Shown here piece after piece: positions 50,713 to 62,812 of a stretch of 64,000 nucleotides of DNA. The position numbers and the translations under genes were made by a program. The stretch comes from Phoronis australis (lineage: Eukaryota; Animalia; Phoronida): positions 307,745 through 371,744 of the forward strand of contig NMRA01000038.1 of the NCBI GenBank assembly GCA_002633005.1, written 5' to 3'. The notes under the pieces were generated by a model that was given only the letters and a program-made list of their open reading frames with translations, did no database searches and was not told the DNA's origin. How positions within the stretch are numbered: the stretch's first letter is position 1; each line of letters starts with the position of its first letter.

Positions 50713-51604
50713 TGTGTATGTAAGCGGTGAATAAGATGCGTTGAAGACATTAGAAAAACAAACACCCGATTATGTAGGGACATGACAAGTACTTGGTATA
50801 ACATTCAAGTAACGATTTGATTGATTGGGCTGCAATGACGCGTTTACTCACCTGATGAAGCCTTTGTTTGCACAGGTGAAGACGACAAGTCGAAAACACT
50901 CATAGTTATGGAGGACAACGACCCGCGCACCCGTGCGAGTGAAATGAGCACATTGTACTCGTGCACAAATAACCCCAGTGTATATATCCGGTCGCACGCG
51001 TTTCCTATGTATTACGTGGAAGAGAGAGTAAGGGGTGTTTAAACCAATATTTTCTTGAAAGATCGGCGCTACATTGTCAAAGGGTTGATATTATACCATT
51101 TCCAACACATTCTACCTGTTAAAGGCTGCATTTTGCCTTGTTTAGCTAGCTCAAAAACGAAAATCAGTTTAGACATTTTACTCTCTTAAACTTGATCTCG
51201 TATTATTCCTTGCTTTCATTTCCGCTATCAACTAAAGCCACAGGCTATGCTATTTCAGGGATGGTCAACTCCGAAGTGCTTTCTTGAGTTGCTTGTGGTT
51301 TCTATTTTCTTGTCGGTATTGGAAATAAAATCCTAGCACGTTAAACAATATCATAAGACCAACTTTATGAGACTAAAAGATTTAATTCAGTTTTTGTTTT
51401 CAGTCAGCTTCACACGTTGAAATGCAGCTTAAATGTAATTTCCTTCAAGTCCCGTCCAAAGTATACCGCTGCACATGGCAATGCGTTGCTACTAAAAACT
51501 AAAAGTTTCTGGGAAAATATAATTTATCTGTTCATCCTTTTTGAATGCTTGAATGATAATTCACCAGCTCTTCTAGTTGCACCCTATCCGCTCCTCTGGT
51601 CTGA

Positions 51605-52010
51605 AATTTCTTTTTTTCATACTTTTATTTTGCTCTAGCATGATAATTACATGTCACATGAAACAATACAGTATACATCGTTTACAAAGAATAACATTTA
51701 AACATTAGTCAACAAGTACCGTATTTCCTTCAGGATGTAATTTGATAAAGTTAATGAACAATTGGAAATTAAGATTTTTTAACAAACTTTTGGCTCAATA
51801 TGTAATTTTTGTTAGCATGATCAACAGATTAATGTTACAATTTTCCGACTGAATTTTTCCCCAAAAAACAAAAAACACTGGTATCTTGTCCACATGAAAA
51901 TTTACATGAAATGTTTGTTTTAACCACTCAGCAAGCAGGAGCCAGAAACCGAAGACAAGACCACATTCCCAAAAGAGATGGAGAAAAGTTTCACTGTGTT
52001 CACCACCTGT
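51605..52010 (-). mobile_element. L1/Tx1-like LINE 3' fragment (ORF2 C-terminal zinc-knuckle region and A-rich tail)
   Basis: ETFLHLFWECGLVFGFWLLLAEWL...NINLLIMLTK matches the ExxxHLFWxC..V..FW pattern of L1/Tx1 ORF2 ends. It is followed on the minus strand by AATAAA and an A-rich tail near 51605-51630. Confidence 0.8.
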
Positions 52011-54151
52011 ATAATTATGCTCTTTCTGTAGTGAACACATGCTAACTCTTGGTCGAAAGTTTTACAACGCCATTTCCTTTGTTTTGAAAGGGTTCCGGCA
52101 CACTGAGCGCAAATGTTTTCACTCATGCTACGGAACATTCACGTAATAAATTAGTTAAAAATAACCACAACATTCAAATACGGTAATTCGCCACTCATTT
52201 CGCACAACAATAATTGCAGCCGAAATTGTCATTTTACCTTTTTCAAAGGCTGATTTCATTACTGAAAATAATGGAACTTAGACTTGTTTTATGACATTCA
52301 CTATGCTAGTGATGGACTTTTAAGTTTGTAGAATTTTTTTATTAAAAGAATTTCACTTGTCGGCATTATTGTGTGGTAATTAAATGAAGAGTTACCGTAA
52401 CTACTGATGCTGTATGGACAGATATTGATCACGTCATCTGAAATTGTGTCTGAGAGAATTTAGTGCGATTATTAGTCATAGCCCGCATTTGGTCTGCATA
52501 AACTTACAGCTGCTTGCGGGCATAAAGTATCCATCAGTGATCGTTAAATAGTCCGTGAAAAGCATGTGCAAGGATACATAGACCAAACGGGTGTGGTGGA
52601 AAGGGCCGCGTGGTTGGTTTAGGTATAACTGGACAAAATAGGTTTTATGGCCGAAAAACGTATTTTAAGGGTTGTGTAGGATTGAATTGTCGAAATAATC
52701 AGCTTCGACAAGAGCGTGGTGTTTTTGTGATTATATTACAACTACTTGATTCCTAACACACTTTCAGTTAAGGATAACGTAAATTGAGGGCGGCAACCAC
52801 ACCTGCCCACCTGCTTCGTTGCTAGGTTATATAAAAATGGCCAAAGTGGGTTGTATACAGTGCTGGTCAAAATCGGCGTGAAAAAACGAGGGCTAATCGG
52901 CAATGAGTCTATCTTAGAAAATGAGGCGAAGAGCCGAGTACTACCCCTCTAGAATAAGCAATCGAGTGCAGTGTATACATTACTCTCCCTTTTCCAGAAA
53001 TAGTTTGACACTCATGTCATTAGTGTTGTTTAATATCATCAATGAAATTGTGTTTGATAAGTTTATAACGCTTCCAGTCATTGACTAACTAAGCGATTGA
53101 ATCCCCTTGAATCTCAAAAATGTTCAAAGAATCTTTCAGAAAATAAGCATAATTATACAAAATTCGCTTTCCTACGTAGACACGTCTGTTTTGAAGATCT
53201 GATATCTGTGCTGTGTTTTGGGGGATAGTTTTGTGTTAGACGTCGTGTATGAAGAGTGAACTTGCATGTTGGACAACGGTTAGCTTGCGAGTGGTTCAAC
53301 AACCGGGGAAGTCTAGGTCGCTGCACTCGCAGAAAATAAAACCAAAACGGAAAACATTCACCAGAGTTTTTATGAAAACGCTCCGAACAACTGTTTGAGG
53401 ATTATCTGTGATAAATTTGTGCAATTGTAATCAAATTGCGCATTTGATTCATTCTCCATTGTCGACGATTACGTCAGTTTACAGCTGCTATAAACCGTGT
53501 TCTGGTTTTAAAAACATCAACTTTCTTTAATGGCGTATTTTCCCAAACGTTTGAGTACGGTTGATTTTTCCAATTTTTGTGGTCAGAGTTCAATTTTACC
53601 TTTATCACAAGCCTACCTTGTTATGCTTTATAACTAAAATTGGACATTTTTTCCTGTTCAGTTGATGTCTGCCCCCTCGTTTTATTTGAAGGTCACGTGT
53701 TTTAAAATTCTGCAGAATCCTTGAAGGCACGATTTTCCCAATCTGATTTGCGTGGGTTTTGAGTAGATCTAAGCATGTAGGTTGTCGCGTAGAAGCTTTA
53801 AATCACGCACGCAACGTACACATGTTGTCAGTCCGGAAAATACAGCTTGTTCTTACTTACAGTGAAATTGTATAGCATGATCGGAAGTATAGTCAGTTCG
53901 TTAGCCAAACAGTCACCCAAATAGACTAGACATGCTCACAAAATAAAACCCTTTCCTTGCTATCATAAATTTGTAAACTAACAAACTATTGTATAACGTG
54001 AACTTCACGTCAACAGCAGCAGAGTATAGATGAATAACAAATGGGCAAAGCTGGCGATTTCCGCGCCCCGAGCGATTCATACACGCGTAAGCATAAAAGA
54101 AGGCGGACTTCCGTAGGTTCCCATGGTTACAGCGACAATCCTTGAATCTGG

Positions 54152-57100
54152 TCACAGTCCAACATGCGTTAGTTCCCTGTCCATCTGACACACAGACAGT
54201 GGCGCGCAACACCACGTGGTTAGACAGTCTCCACATACAGAACCCTAGAAAGGTAGAAACGTCAGCAAAATCTGTTATTTCATTCTCTGCAAAAGTACTG
54301 GGGCTCATTTCAAGAAAACTGACTTAGCTACTACAATTTTAAGATGACACTTAATTTTTTCTCAAGACCTTTTCATGAAAGAGACTTAAGTTTTTTACTA
54401 AAGCTTTGACTTCATTTTGACTATCTTACCGGATGTGGAAGTTTCAAAGTTTGAAAGTTGAGACAAATCTCAGACTTAAGTAAAAAATGAACTTATGTCA
54501 CACGCGTTCTTGGAATTCTGGTATTTCTTTTTCCTGTTGAATATAACCGTACAAAACTAAAAAAACATACTAGTCTATCGTTGCTTTAGCCTGTTTCACC
54601 GAAATCAGAGCGGCGTTCTGTAGCAAGAAAAGCGAGATCACACAAGTCTCCGTGAGCTTTCGCTACGACCGAAGCACATAATTACACCAACTCGCGAGTG
54701 TCTTGCGTCTACGGCACGCGCTCAAAGTCTTCAGTAAACTAGCAACTTTGTTCAGTATTTGAAGTCAGAAGCCAAATCAGTGGCGGATTTAGGGGGGCAA
54801 GGGGGCCATGCCCCCCCCTAAAATTCTCCCAGATTTCATTTGGCAATACGGGGGTTCGAATGTCTGTCGGGCAAAATCCTGGCTAATACTCTGCCATGCC
54901 CCCCCCCCTAACTCAAAATCCTGGATCCGCCCCTGCAAATTTCGGTGGTGCAAAAACAGATAACTAAACTTTAAATTATATTAGCTACATTTCTTCTTGA
55001 GTAGTAATTCCACAATGCTCTGGAATATTATAGGCTAAGAGTTGGTAGGATTCGCCATCAACACTTTCTATAAATAGACAACCTGTTGGTAGATTCGTGC
55101 ACTGCGACGTCATGAGCGGAAATGTTCGATCAGGCGATGTGAGACTCCTGTTTATGATCACAGTGGTTATTAAATGTTTGTAGCGGCTGCGGCAGCAGTC
55201 GCCACAATCCGGCTAAATCTCTTTTTGAGTTACCAAAAGACCCTGCGTTGGGCAAAGATTAGTTCTCATTTAGTCAAGTTGTTGAGATGCGGTTTCGACG
55301 CCATTGCAAGTTTTATGAACTTGTTCCATATTTATGAAACACGGAAAATAAAGTCCGGTTCAATGCCTTTAAAGCCTTTTTGCATCATTTGTTGTTTTTT
55401 GTCATTCTTGGTGTTTTTGTTTATTCTGAAGATCCTAGCAACGATTAAACGTCTCCAGAAAACTCGATTTAATCATTCTGTCACGCAAGTGACACCTGGG
55501 CCCGGTCTCTAATCTTTGTACTCGAAACGAACTCGAAACTAATTTTGGCAATTTCTCTGCTCCTTTTGTGCGAACTTAAGATAATTGGTTATCAGACTGT
55601 GCTCGAATACATTATAGTTTATGCATAGGAGTTTCTAGTTCAAGTTTGCCCTTGAAGACCTTTATATTTGTGCTACAAACTTGAGTAAAATCTCGAAATT
55701 TCGAGTTCAAACTCGAACTTATTGCTTTAATATTGGGTTTACAAACTGTGAACTAAGGGCAATAAATTATCTACGTAAGTTATTGTGTACTCGAGCATAG
55801 AATAATAGACACATATCTTGAGTTCGCCCAAAAGTAGAGTAGAAAATGCCAAACCTAATTTCGAGTTCCATTTCGAGTAAAAAGATTGGAGACCGGGCCC
55901 TGAACTTCACTTTTCGCGCCATCTTTCGCAAGAGCACGGAGCAAACTGTTGCAATGCGCGATAGTTGTGACACTGAAGACGACAACTTGACATGTTTGCC
56001 TAATCTCTAAAACATGGAGATTCTGCCTGAAGCAGTGCCGATGGCGACTACATGAGGGAACACTGTAATACTCGTATGTTTACAATTGAGCTGCTTTGTT
56101 ACAGGTCGATCATTGCGGTAGATCCGATAAATGAGAAAAAACAATCACGATATACACACTGAAATATGCGACTTACTGTATCTGCTATGCTTTGAAAGTG
56201 GGTCAGTGAAACTAAACCAATCATTTCACTGACCAATTCATGGCAATTTGCATGTCTTGCGTTTCAATGTAAGTAGGACATTAACATTTAGCCTGTTTGA
56301 ACGAGTTAACGTTTCTTTACGTTCACCATGAGCCAGACGCAGTTCACTGATTACATCTACGACCAAAATCACCCCATTATTGTTCAAAGTTGATCTTATG
56401 TCTTGAGCTAGTTATCGTTTTATGAAGCTTTGTCTTGATAAAGTGACACATCACTAATAATATTGTGCTGAACCAAAAATGTCCGCAGGATTGTTTATTT
56501 TTTACTTCTACTTGTTTAGAAAGCTGCACAAAGGCACATAAGAAAGGGTAACCAATGTTTGATTTTCCAAGCGATGAGCAAAACAACATAAATCCCGCAT
56601 CATTTTGCTCACCTCAATTGCATATTCCGTTTGGAAAGCAGTAGGCCTAAGCAGAAAAGATTAGAACCAGCTTTGTTTTGGCCTTATGTTGCTCTTGGCC
56701 TTATATTGCTCTACACTGTTAGAGGGACATTGTTGGTATTAATGCCAAAAACACATTTTCGGATTATCGTCTGATGGAATAAACTTCAAGTTAATACTCA
56801 CTAAATGTGATTGAAAACAGCGGACTAGAAAATCTTTAGAGCTCCTTCACAAAACTGTCACGCAAAGTCAGGACATAATGTCATTCTATCGATTTACTTT
56901 CTTACCTGAATTCCGTACAGTATTCTGAGCTTTGTCCGCAAAGCAACTAGGCCCCCTGGTGAGAAAGCAGTGCAACAATTTTCTCCCATGCGAGTGCCCA
57001 ACGAACACAGGGCACACGGCATGCACAATACCGCACACAAACCTGCATTAAAGAAAATATTTTTTTACTTATTTAATACATGTCCCTGTATACTAACCGT

Positions 57101-60100
57101 TATTCGTTTTTCTTACTAATATAACATGAGAACAAGGTAAAAGAACCCATGCGCGCACTCAGGGGGGGGCTCGGGGGGGCTCGAACGAGCCCTCCTCCCG
57201 CCATTTGGCGAAGTGGGCAAAAAGATCCGCCCCCGAGACACAAAATGTCCGAGGAAATGGGACAAATGTCCAGTAAATAAGCGCAAACGCGCAATTCACG
57301 GTGGTGCTCCCGTTTTTNTCTCTCAACTGGCTGACCTGGCGAAGTCCATTAAATGCAGCCAATATGTCGATTCTCTTGAATTTTGTAATTAGTGTGACCA
57401 GTAAGGGGCTGTCGACGAGACTTTAATGACATACGGCGTGATACGGCGTGACTTCATAGCTTAGGGGCCTAGGAAACCGATCCGACAATGCACTGGCTTG
57501 TGGTGTGCCTACAAAATGGATTCGATTTTTGTGACAGATGCCTGGGACCAGGAGAAACTCCAGACATAATTGAAAATAGTACTTTTTCATTCTTAGGCTG
57601 TTTTTCATTGTTTGTACGAGACAACGTAAGCCTGAAACTTGATAAACATTCCTCTTTATCATTTTGAACAATTAAACGTTTTCCATTAACCTTTAAGTCG
57701 CTGTTTATTTTGACCTATTTTCATCATGTGTCAGTTATACCAAAGAATGCAATTCAGGTTTATGGCATAATATGTATAGTTAGGAATAAACAATGCATGC
57801 GAGTCATAATACCACCTTCAGAAACTGTCCGTCATAAATTCTGATATTAGACAATGTACATCTACTTTTGGTTTTTGTCATTTTAAATTTAATCGTAGGT
57901 TTCAAGAATTTCTTCAAGTAACGTGCATTTTTGCAAAGTGTCAAGTTCTCTTCGTGATTGTAACAATGCTCAGCCTTTCACGCAGAAATAGACTTCCGTC
58001 AAACCTCCACAAGGACAAATTTACTTAAAGAGACGTCGGCGAGAAAGGCGATTTTCTGAAAACTACGCTGTTGCATTTTAATCAAAGCGGTTTTTGTTTT
58101 GATTACAATACAACACTGTACGTACAATTTAAAAAAATGTACGAAATTACAAATACATACGTGTATGAAACATTAACATGTTCGGATTTTATGTTTATGC
58201 GGACTAAAATGTTTAGTAATACGGTGAAAACTGGCGAGTCACTGGCTGTTTACTACACTGCAAGGATAACACCCTGAAGTAATTGCATGACTGCAGTCGA
58301 TCAGACGCCAGTTAACTTTACTTGAACAACGGCATATAGTTACGTTGATATAGTTCTCTTACAAAGACTGCGGTGAATTTGTTATATTTTGACTTGCCAA
58401 AACACTGATTCAGGAGGACAGAAATCATACACTTAAGTTTTTCTTCTCGCATATAAAATGTTAGGCTACCCCTTGGCATCTTGGAAAGTGGCTGAGTACT
58501 GAATAGCCATCCTATAACACAGGTGTCCGAGTCAGTGATATTTAAATATTCCATGCATTCCACTAAGACCATACTTCATTTCGTGCAAACTGGAAAATAC
58601 TGATCCTCCTCTTAGCAAAGCTTTATTTTGAAGTTACACTAAAGGAAAATTTAGCTACGACTGTACACACGACCGGTCATCTTTCGATGGATGACCTAGG
58701 TCAAGAAACTGGTTGAAGCTATACAAGTGAGCTTTACATACGTGTGATGTGGTGGGTTTGTGATTGTATGTTTACTCTAACCATCTCCGCCGGAGTACAT
58801 ACATATGTCATTCGAATCCCTGGGATAATCAAGCCCCATTCGAATCCCTGGGATAATCAAGCCCCATGAAGGGAAGCCAAACAATACGTCAAATCGGCGA
58901 CATTTCGTTAGAATGCCTACGTAAACAGACTGGCCTGCTAGATCTAATATTGGTTCAAGCAAGTTGTCTAGGGTAAAATTTCTACCTGTCGAGCACAGAG
59001 TTGAACTCTTGCTCAGGTGACGGGAGGTTTGTACACGGTGATCAAAAAATATCCGCCCAAATCTGGTCGACATGAGCTAGTCTCCTTTGAACAACACCTT
59101 CTCCATCAACAATCCTTTCCTAGTGATAATCGTGAAAAAATGTATTATTCGAATTCTTTGGAAAAACATCAGTATTTCATAGCTATAAAACCATCAAGAA
59201 TATTGTACTTGTGTACAACTGGTGGTCTTTAAGTTCTTTAAACTTTCATCATTTCTACTGCAATCAATGCTATTTTTATGTTCTGTATGTTTCGGCTAAT
59301 TTGAAGTTTTATCTTCTTTGACTTCCTTCGGTAGCGCCGTCTTTATAGGGGCAAGGGCAAGAGACAATTATCCTGGGCCACCCCTCCAAGACCGAACCCA
59401 TCTGAAAGTCTTTATCACTAAAAAAAACATGGATAAGAGTGTCACTTAATTCCATCATCGGTTCACCTACCAAGCGGTGACCTTCCTTAATATAAAAGAT
59501 TGTATACAATCAGAAGAGAGGCAAAAGAAATAGAGCTTTCTCCGTGAGCGTTCCTAACATTACTATGAAAATTAGATGTAGAATTTCAAAAACAAGAAAT
59601 GAGGAGCAATTGATGTCATCTGGCCACGGCCCCTACATGTCAGGTTTCCAATTTAGATCAAGTAGTATACAATTACAAAAACAAATGGAAGAAAGAGAGA
59701 GCGGCAGATAACTCCGTTGTTGTGCCTGCCCCCGCTGCCCGCTTCCTGTGGCCCTGATGGAATGCTATGAGATTGATTTCATGTGAGTGGAAGATATAAT
59801 TCGCTATTGTTTTTTTAGCCAACTAAACAAGGCAAAATGTAGCTTTAAAAACTTCAACAAGAGTGAGCAATAATAATTATTTTAACTAACCTCTAGCCAT
59901 CATGATTCGTCAAGCAATTTGATGAATAGGGAGGCGGGCGATGAAGAACAGACGCAAAATAATACAAAGGCTACTAGAGGGCGCAGCTTACGTAAAATCC
60001 GTCTGGAACGGGCCGGGCACATCAGTCATCCACATGATACTAAGAGGCTATTAGTTTACATTGTACGTTGGGCCTACTGTAAATTTTTGTTATTCGTTTG

Positions 60101-60467
60101 CCATTCAAATACACCAAGTTTATTATGTCTCAATAGAGACGCTGTCAGATTTGTTTAGCGTAGCCAAGGTGAAACCGGAAAAGTGAAAGATTGTCTCAGT
60201 TTCAACCGCACACAAAACCGCAAAAGCCCCGGTAGAACGAGGGCACTGCACCCTGTAGGTTACCAAATTTGTGATTTACAAAATTCATCTAGACTTCAGA
60301 ACATCTAGTATCTAAACGCACAGCCCCTCCCAGCCACCTCTCCTTCGCCACTTACAGGTGCATATCACGAGTCTGAGACTCAACGCTTACTTACAGCTTT
60401 TGCAATCGTTGAAGCAACTACACAGCCCGGAGTTCCAGGGTCTCTGGTTTTGTACATGCACAGCCAT
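54152..60467 (-). CDS. PLAC8/cornifelin-family Cys-rich protein (100 aa)
   Basis: Exons 60467-60395 (donor GTAAGT, phase 1), 57042-56906 (ttctttaatgcag/GTAAGA, phase 0) and 54244-54152 (cctttctag). Protein: MAVHVQNQRPWNSGLCSCFNDCKSCLCAVLCMPCALCSLGTRMGENCCTAFSPGGLVALRTKLRILYGIQGSVCGDCLTTWCCAPLSVCQMDRELTHVGL. Not in the ORF track because each exon is short. Confidence 0.95.
54778..54935 (+). mobile_element. hAT-like MITE with 5-bp TSD (CAAAT); same family as 13107-13196
   Basis: CAGTGGCGGATTTAGG...CCTGGATCCGCCCCTG; CAAAT at 54773-54777 and 54936-54940. Confidence 0.88.
55499..55899. mobile_element. PIF/Harbinger-type MITE (401 bp) with CTG TSD
   Basis: TIR GGCCCGGTCTC(T/C)AATCTTT.TACTCGAAA at both ends; CTG at 55496-55498 and 55900-55902; internal ACTCGAAA subrepeats. 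Confidence 0.85.
58809..58867. repeat. 28-bp tandem duplication
   Basis: CATTCGAATCCCTGGGATAATCAAGCCC twice, plus CAT. Confidence 0.9.
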
Positions 60468-61108
60468 TCTAACATGTAACGTCAAAGAATGCCGTTTAAA
60501 GATCCCTAAAACTCAGTAGTTGATTTCCAGGTGCTGGTCGTGCTTGACTTTATGTAGGTGTGTCAGTTGTCAACATCGTGAGGTGACCTGGTTTCTCGCG
60601 TATCTTTATTATTTGCAGGCCTTGTAAAACAAGGGTTGATGCGACCTCTCGTGATAGAGTATTCGCATAGTTTCATGACCACAGAAACGAGGATACACCT
60701 AGTTTTTTGGCTCGCTGCGGACTGTGCGCAGACGTTATGACACCGTAATTGTCAGCTTTGTGAGTTGATAACACCATAGCTATTCCACTCAGGCCCGTAG
60801 CCAGGGGAGGTTCAGGGGGTTCGATCGCGGAAAACTTAGGTCCAGCCTATCCGTTAAAAATAAGGTATAGATAGACAACAGCAACAACAACAACAAAATT
60901 GTTGCAGCTACTGGTAGTACTAACTATAACTACATGTATAACTAAGTTAGACGAATTTGCTTCGCTTAGCTTAATCATCGGGCTCTACCCGGCCCCAGGC
61001 CCAACTTCGCCCGAGTGGTGTTTGCGCAGATGACAGACGATTAGAGGAGGCTTTACGTCATTCATTGGCATTAAACGTGCGTGGTTGCTACCCCATTATC
61101 GTCAATAT

Positions 61109-61396
61109 TATCGTTGGCCAAATAAGTGAACGTTACGCCGTTAAATTACGTGCGGAAGTTGATTCTTGTTAGAGGCGTAAAGTAATTATTTACGCCGTAA
61201 AGTAATTATTACATTACTACGTAAAGTAAGTATTTGCGGCGCTAAAGGTTACTTTACGCCGTAAATATTTACTTTACGCCGCAAATAATTACTTTATGCC
61301 ACCTATAATTTGTTTATGCCGCACTTAATTACGCCTGTAACAAGAATTATGTTACGCACGTAAATGGTGTAACTTTCACCCGTTTGGCCAACGATA
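61109..61396. mobile_element. Foldback element with ~20-bp internal subrepeats
   Basis: Ends TATCGTTGGCCAAA...TTTGGCCAACGATA. Internal CGTAAAGTAATTATT units switch orientation at the centre. Confidence 0.85.
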
Positions 61397-62079
61397 CATC
61401 ATAAGGTAACAAGGGATTCTAGAAGTAAATGTCTATAACTAGCTAAGCTTTAAAACAGCGAAATAGCTCTCAAAAAGTAGTGTGCCATGAATTTCTTAAA
61501 ATCAACCAAGAAACAAAACAGCAGAAAATGTGATTGTTATCTGTTATTTTGGTGTACTTGCTAGCATAGCAGGGCAAGGGGTACTGGGGTGTTGGAGTTT
61601 TTCTATTATTTGTACAGAAAGATCTTGAATATTATGGTTTTTGGAATTGAAATGATTACCTATAGTATCAGAAATGTTTTTATGTATTATGTTAAATCTA
61701 TGATTACGAAACCGAGTTTGTAGATTATGTTGAGTTTGTCCTACGTATTGGATAGAACATTTTTTACAAGTTATAAGGTAAATAATATTGTTGATTGTCT
61801 TCTAATGAGGCGGAACTGATATGAATGAAATATTGTTTTTTATCCATTTATTAACCATTTAAATGGTATGCAAGAGTAGAATAGTTCTTATAACATTGAT
61901 TATTGTTTACAAATGATCTTCGTTCCAGTCACTGCAAATCGTGACTTCTTGGATCAAGCAGGGACAACATCTGGGGCACGGGTCAGGGCTGCGGCGACCT
62001 GAAGACTGAATGGGACTTCCTGACTTTGCAAAGACTGGCATTTAGTTTCGACCACTTCTGTAGGGTGAGGTAATTATTC

Positions 62080-62812
62080 ATCAATATCCCTACTTCGTAT
62101 ACTTTTAAAAGGATAGTAAATCCTGAGATGATTTCCACCAATCCTCGTTCTGTCACCTGCTAGTGCATCACTGGCGTCAATCTTCCAAGTTAAAAGTATA
62201 CCAAACCCGGTTTTATCCTACTAACAGATACTAAAAACGACTTTCCATCCAGTTCTCTGAAACGAAATAATGCTCTGTAATGACTCGACAACCCCCTAAA
62301 GTGTTGAGGAAAATCAGAAAACTCCTTACAATTTCTGCTAAAAGGGCAAGCGTGACCTACGCTTTTAGCGAGTTACGCGGCATCTGTGGGAAAAGACCAC
62401 CCACCAAGGACCATAATGTCTAATTCGTGAGATAGTGGGTATAAATTCTTAGTTGATTCCTGCTTCATATTCAAGATTGACGCCAATGATGCAACAGCAA
62501 GCGAGAGATCGAGGATTGGTTGAAATCATCAAAATAGGGCTTAGAATCATTTTTAAGGAAGGAATCACGTGAAAATTATTCCTACCCCATGACAAAGTTT
62601 GGACAGTATGTCCTTGCTGGGTGGACCTTCCACACAGTTGTCGTGTATTTCGCAAAAAGCGTAGGTTACGCTTGCTCGTTTAGCAAACTTTGAAAGAGTT
62701 TCAAAGTTTTCAACAAACTTTTGAGGATTGTCAATGGTTACAGAGTAATATTTTGTTTCAGAAAAATGGGTGGGAAAGTCATTTATATTGTAGGTCAATA
62801 AGCAAAACCCGG
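62080..62812. repeat. Two nested, oppositely oriented copies of the A+B repeat
   Basis: Order is B(-) ~62080-62190, A(+) ~62205-62450, B(+) ~62470-62570, A(-) ~62580-62812, by similarity to 30110-30480. Confidence 0.7.

Noticed and set aside
56606-56660. Minus-strand donor GAG|GTGAGC with PLAC8-like wording (AFQTEYAIE / YCFPNGIC)
   Set aside because: Too short, with stops or no suitable acceptor in the relevant frames; the real exons at 57042-56906 and 54244-54152 already complete the domain.
62565-62798. 77-aa ORF containing AKRASVTYAF, similar in three repeat copies
   Set aside because: The other copies have stops and frameshifts; the apparent peptide conservation is explained by the nucleotide hairpin.
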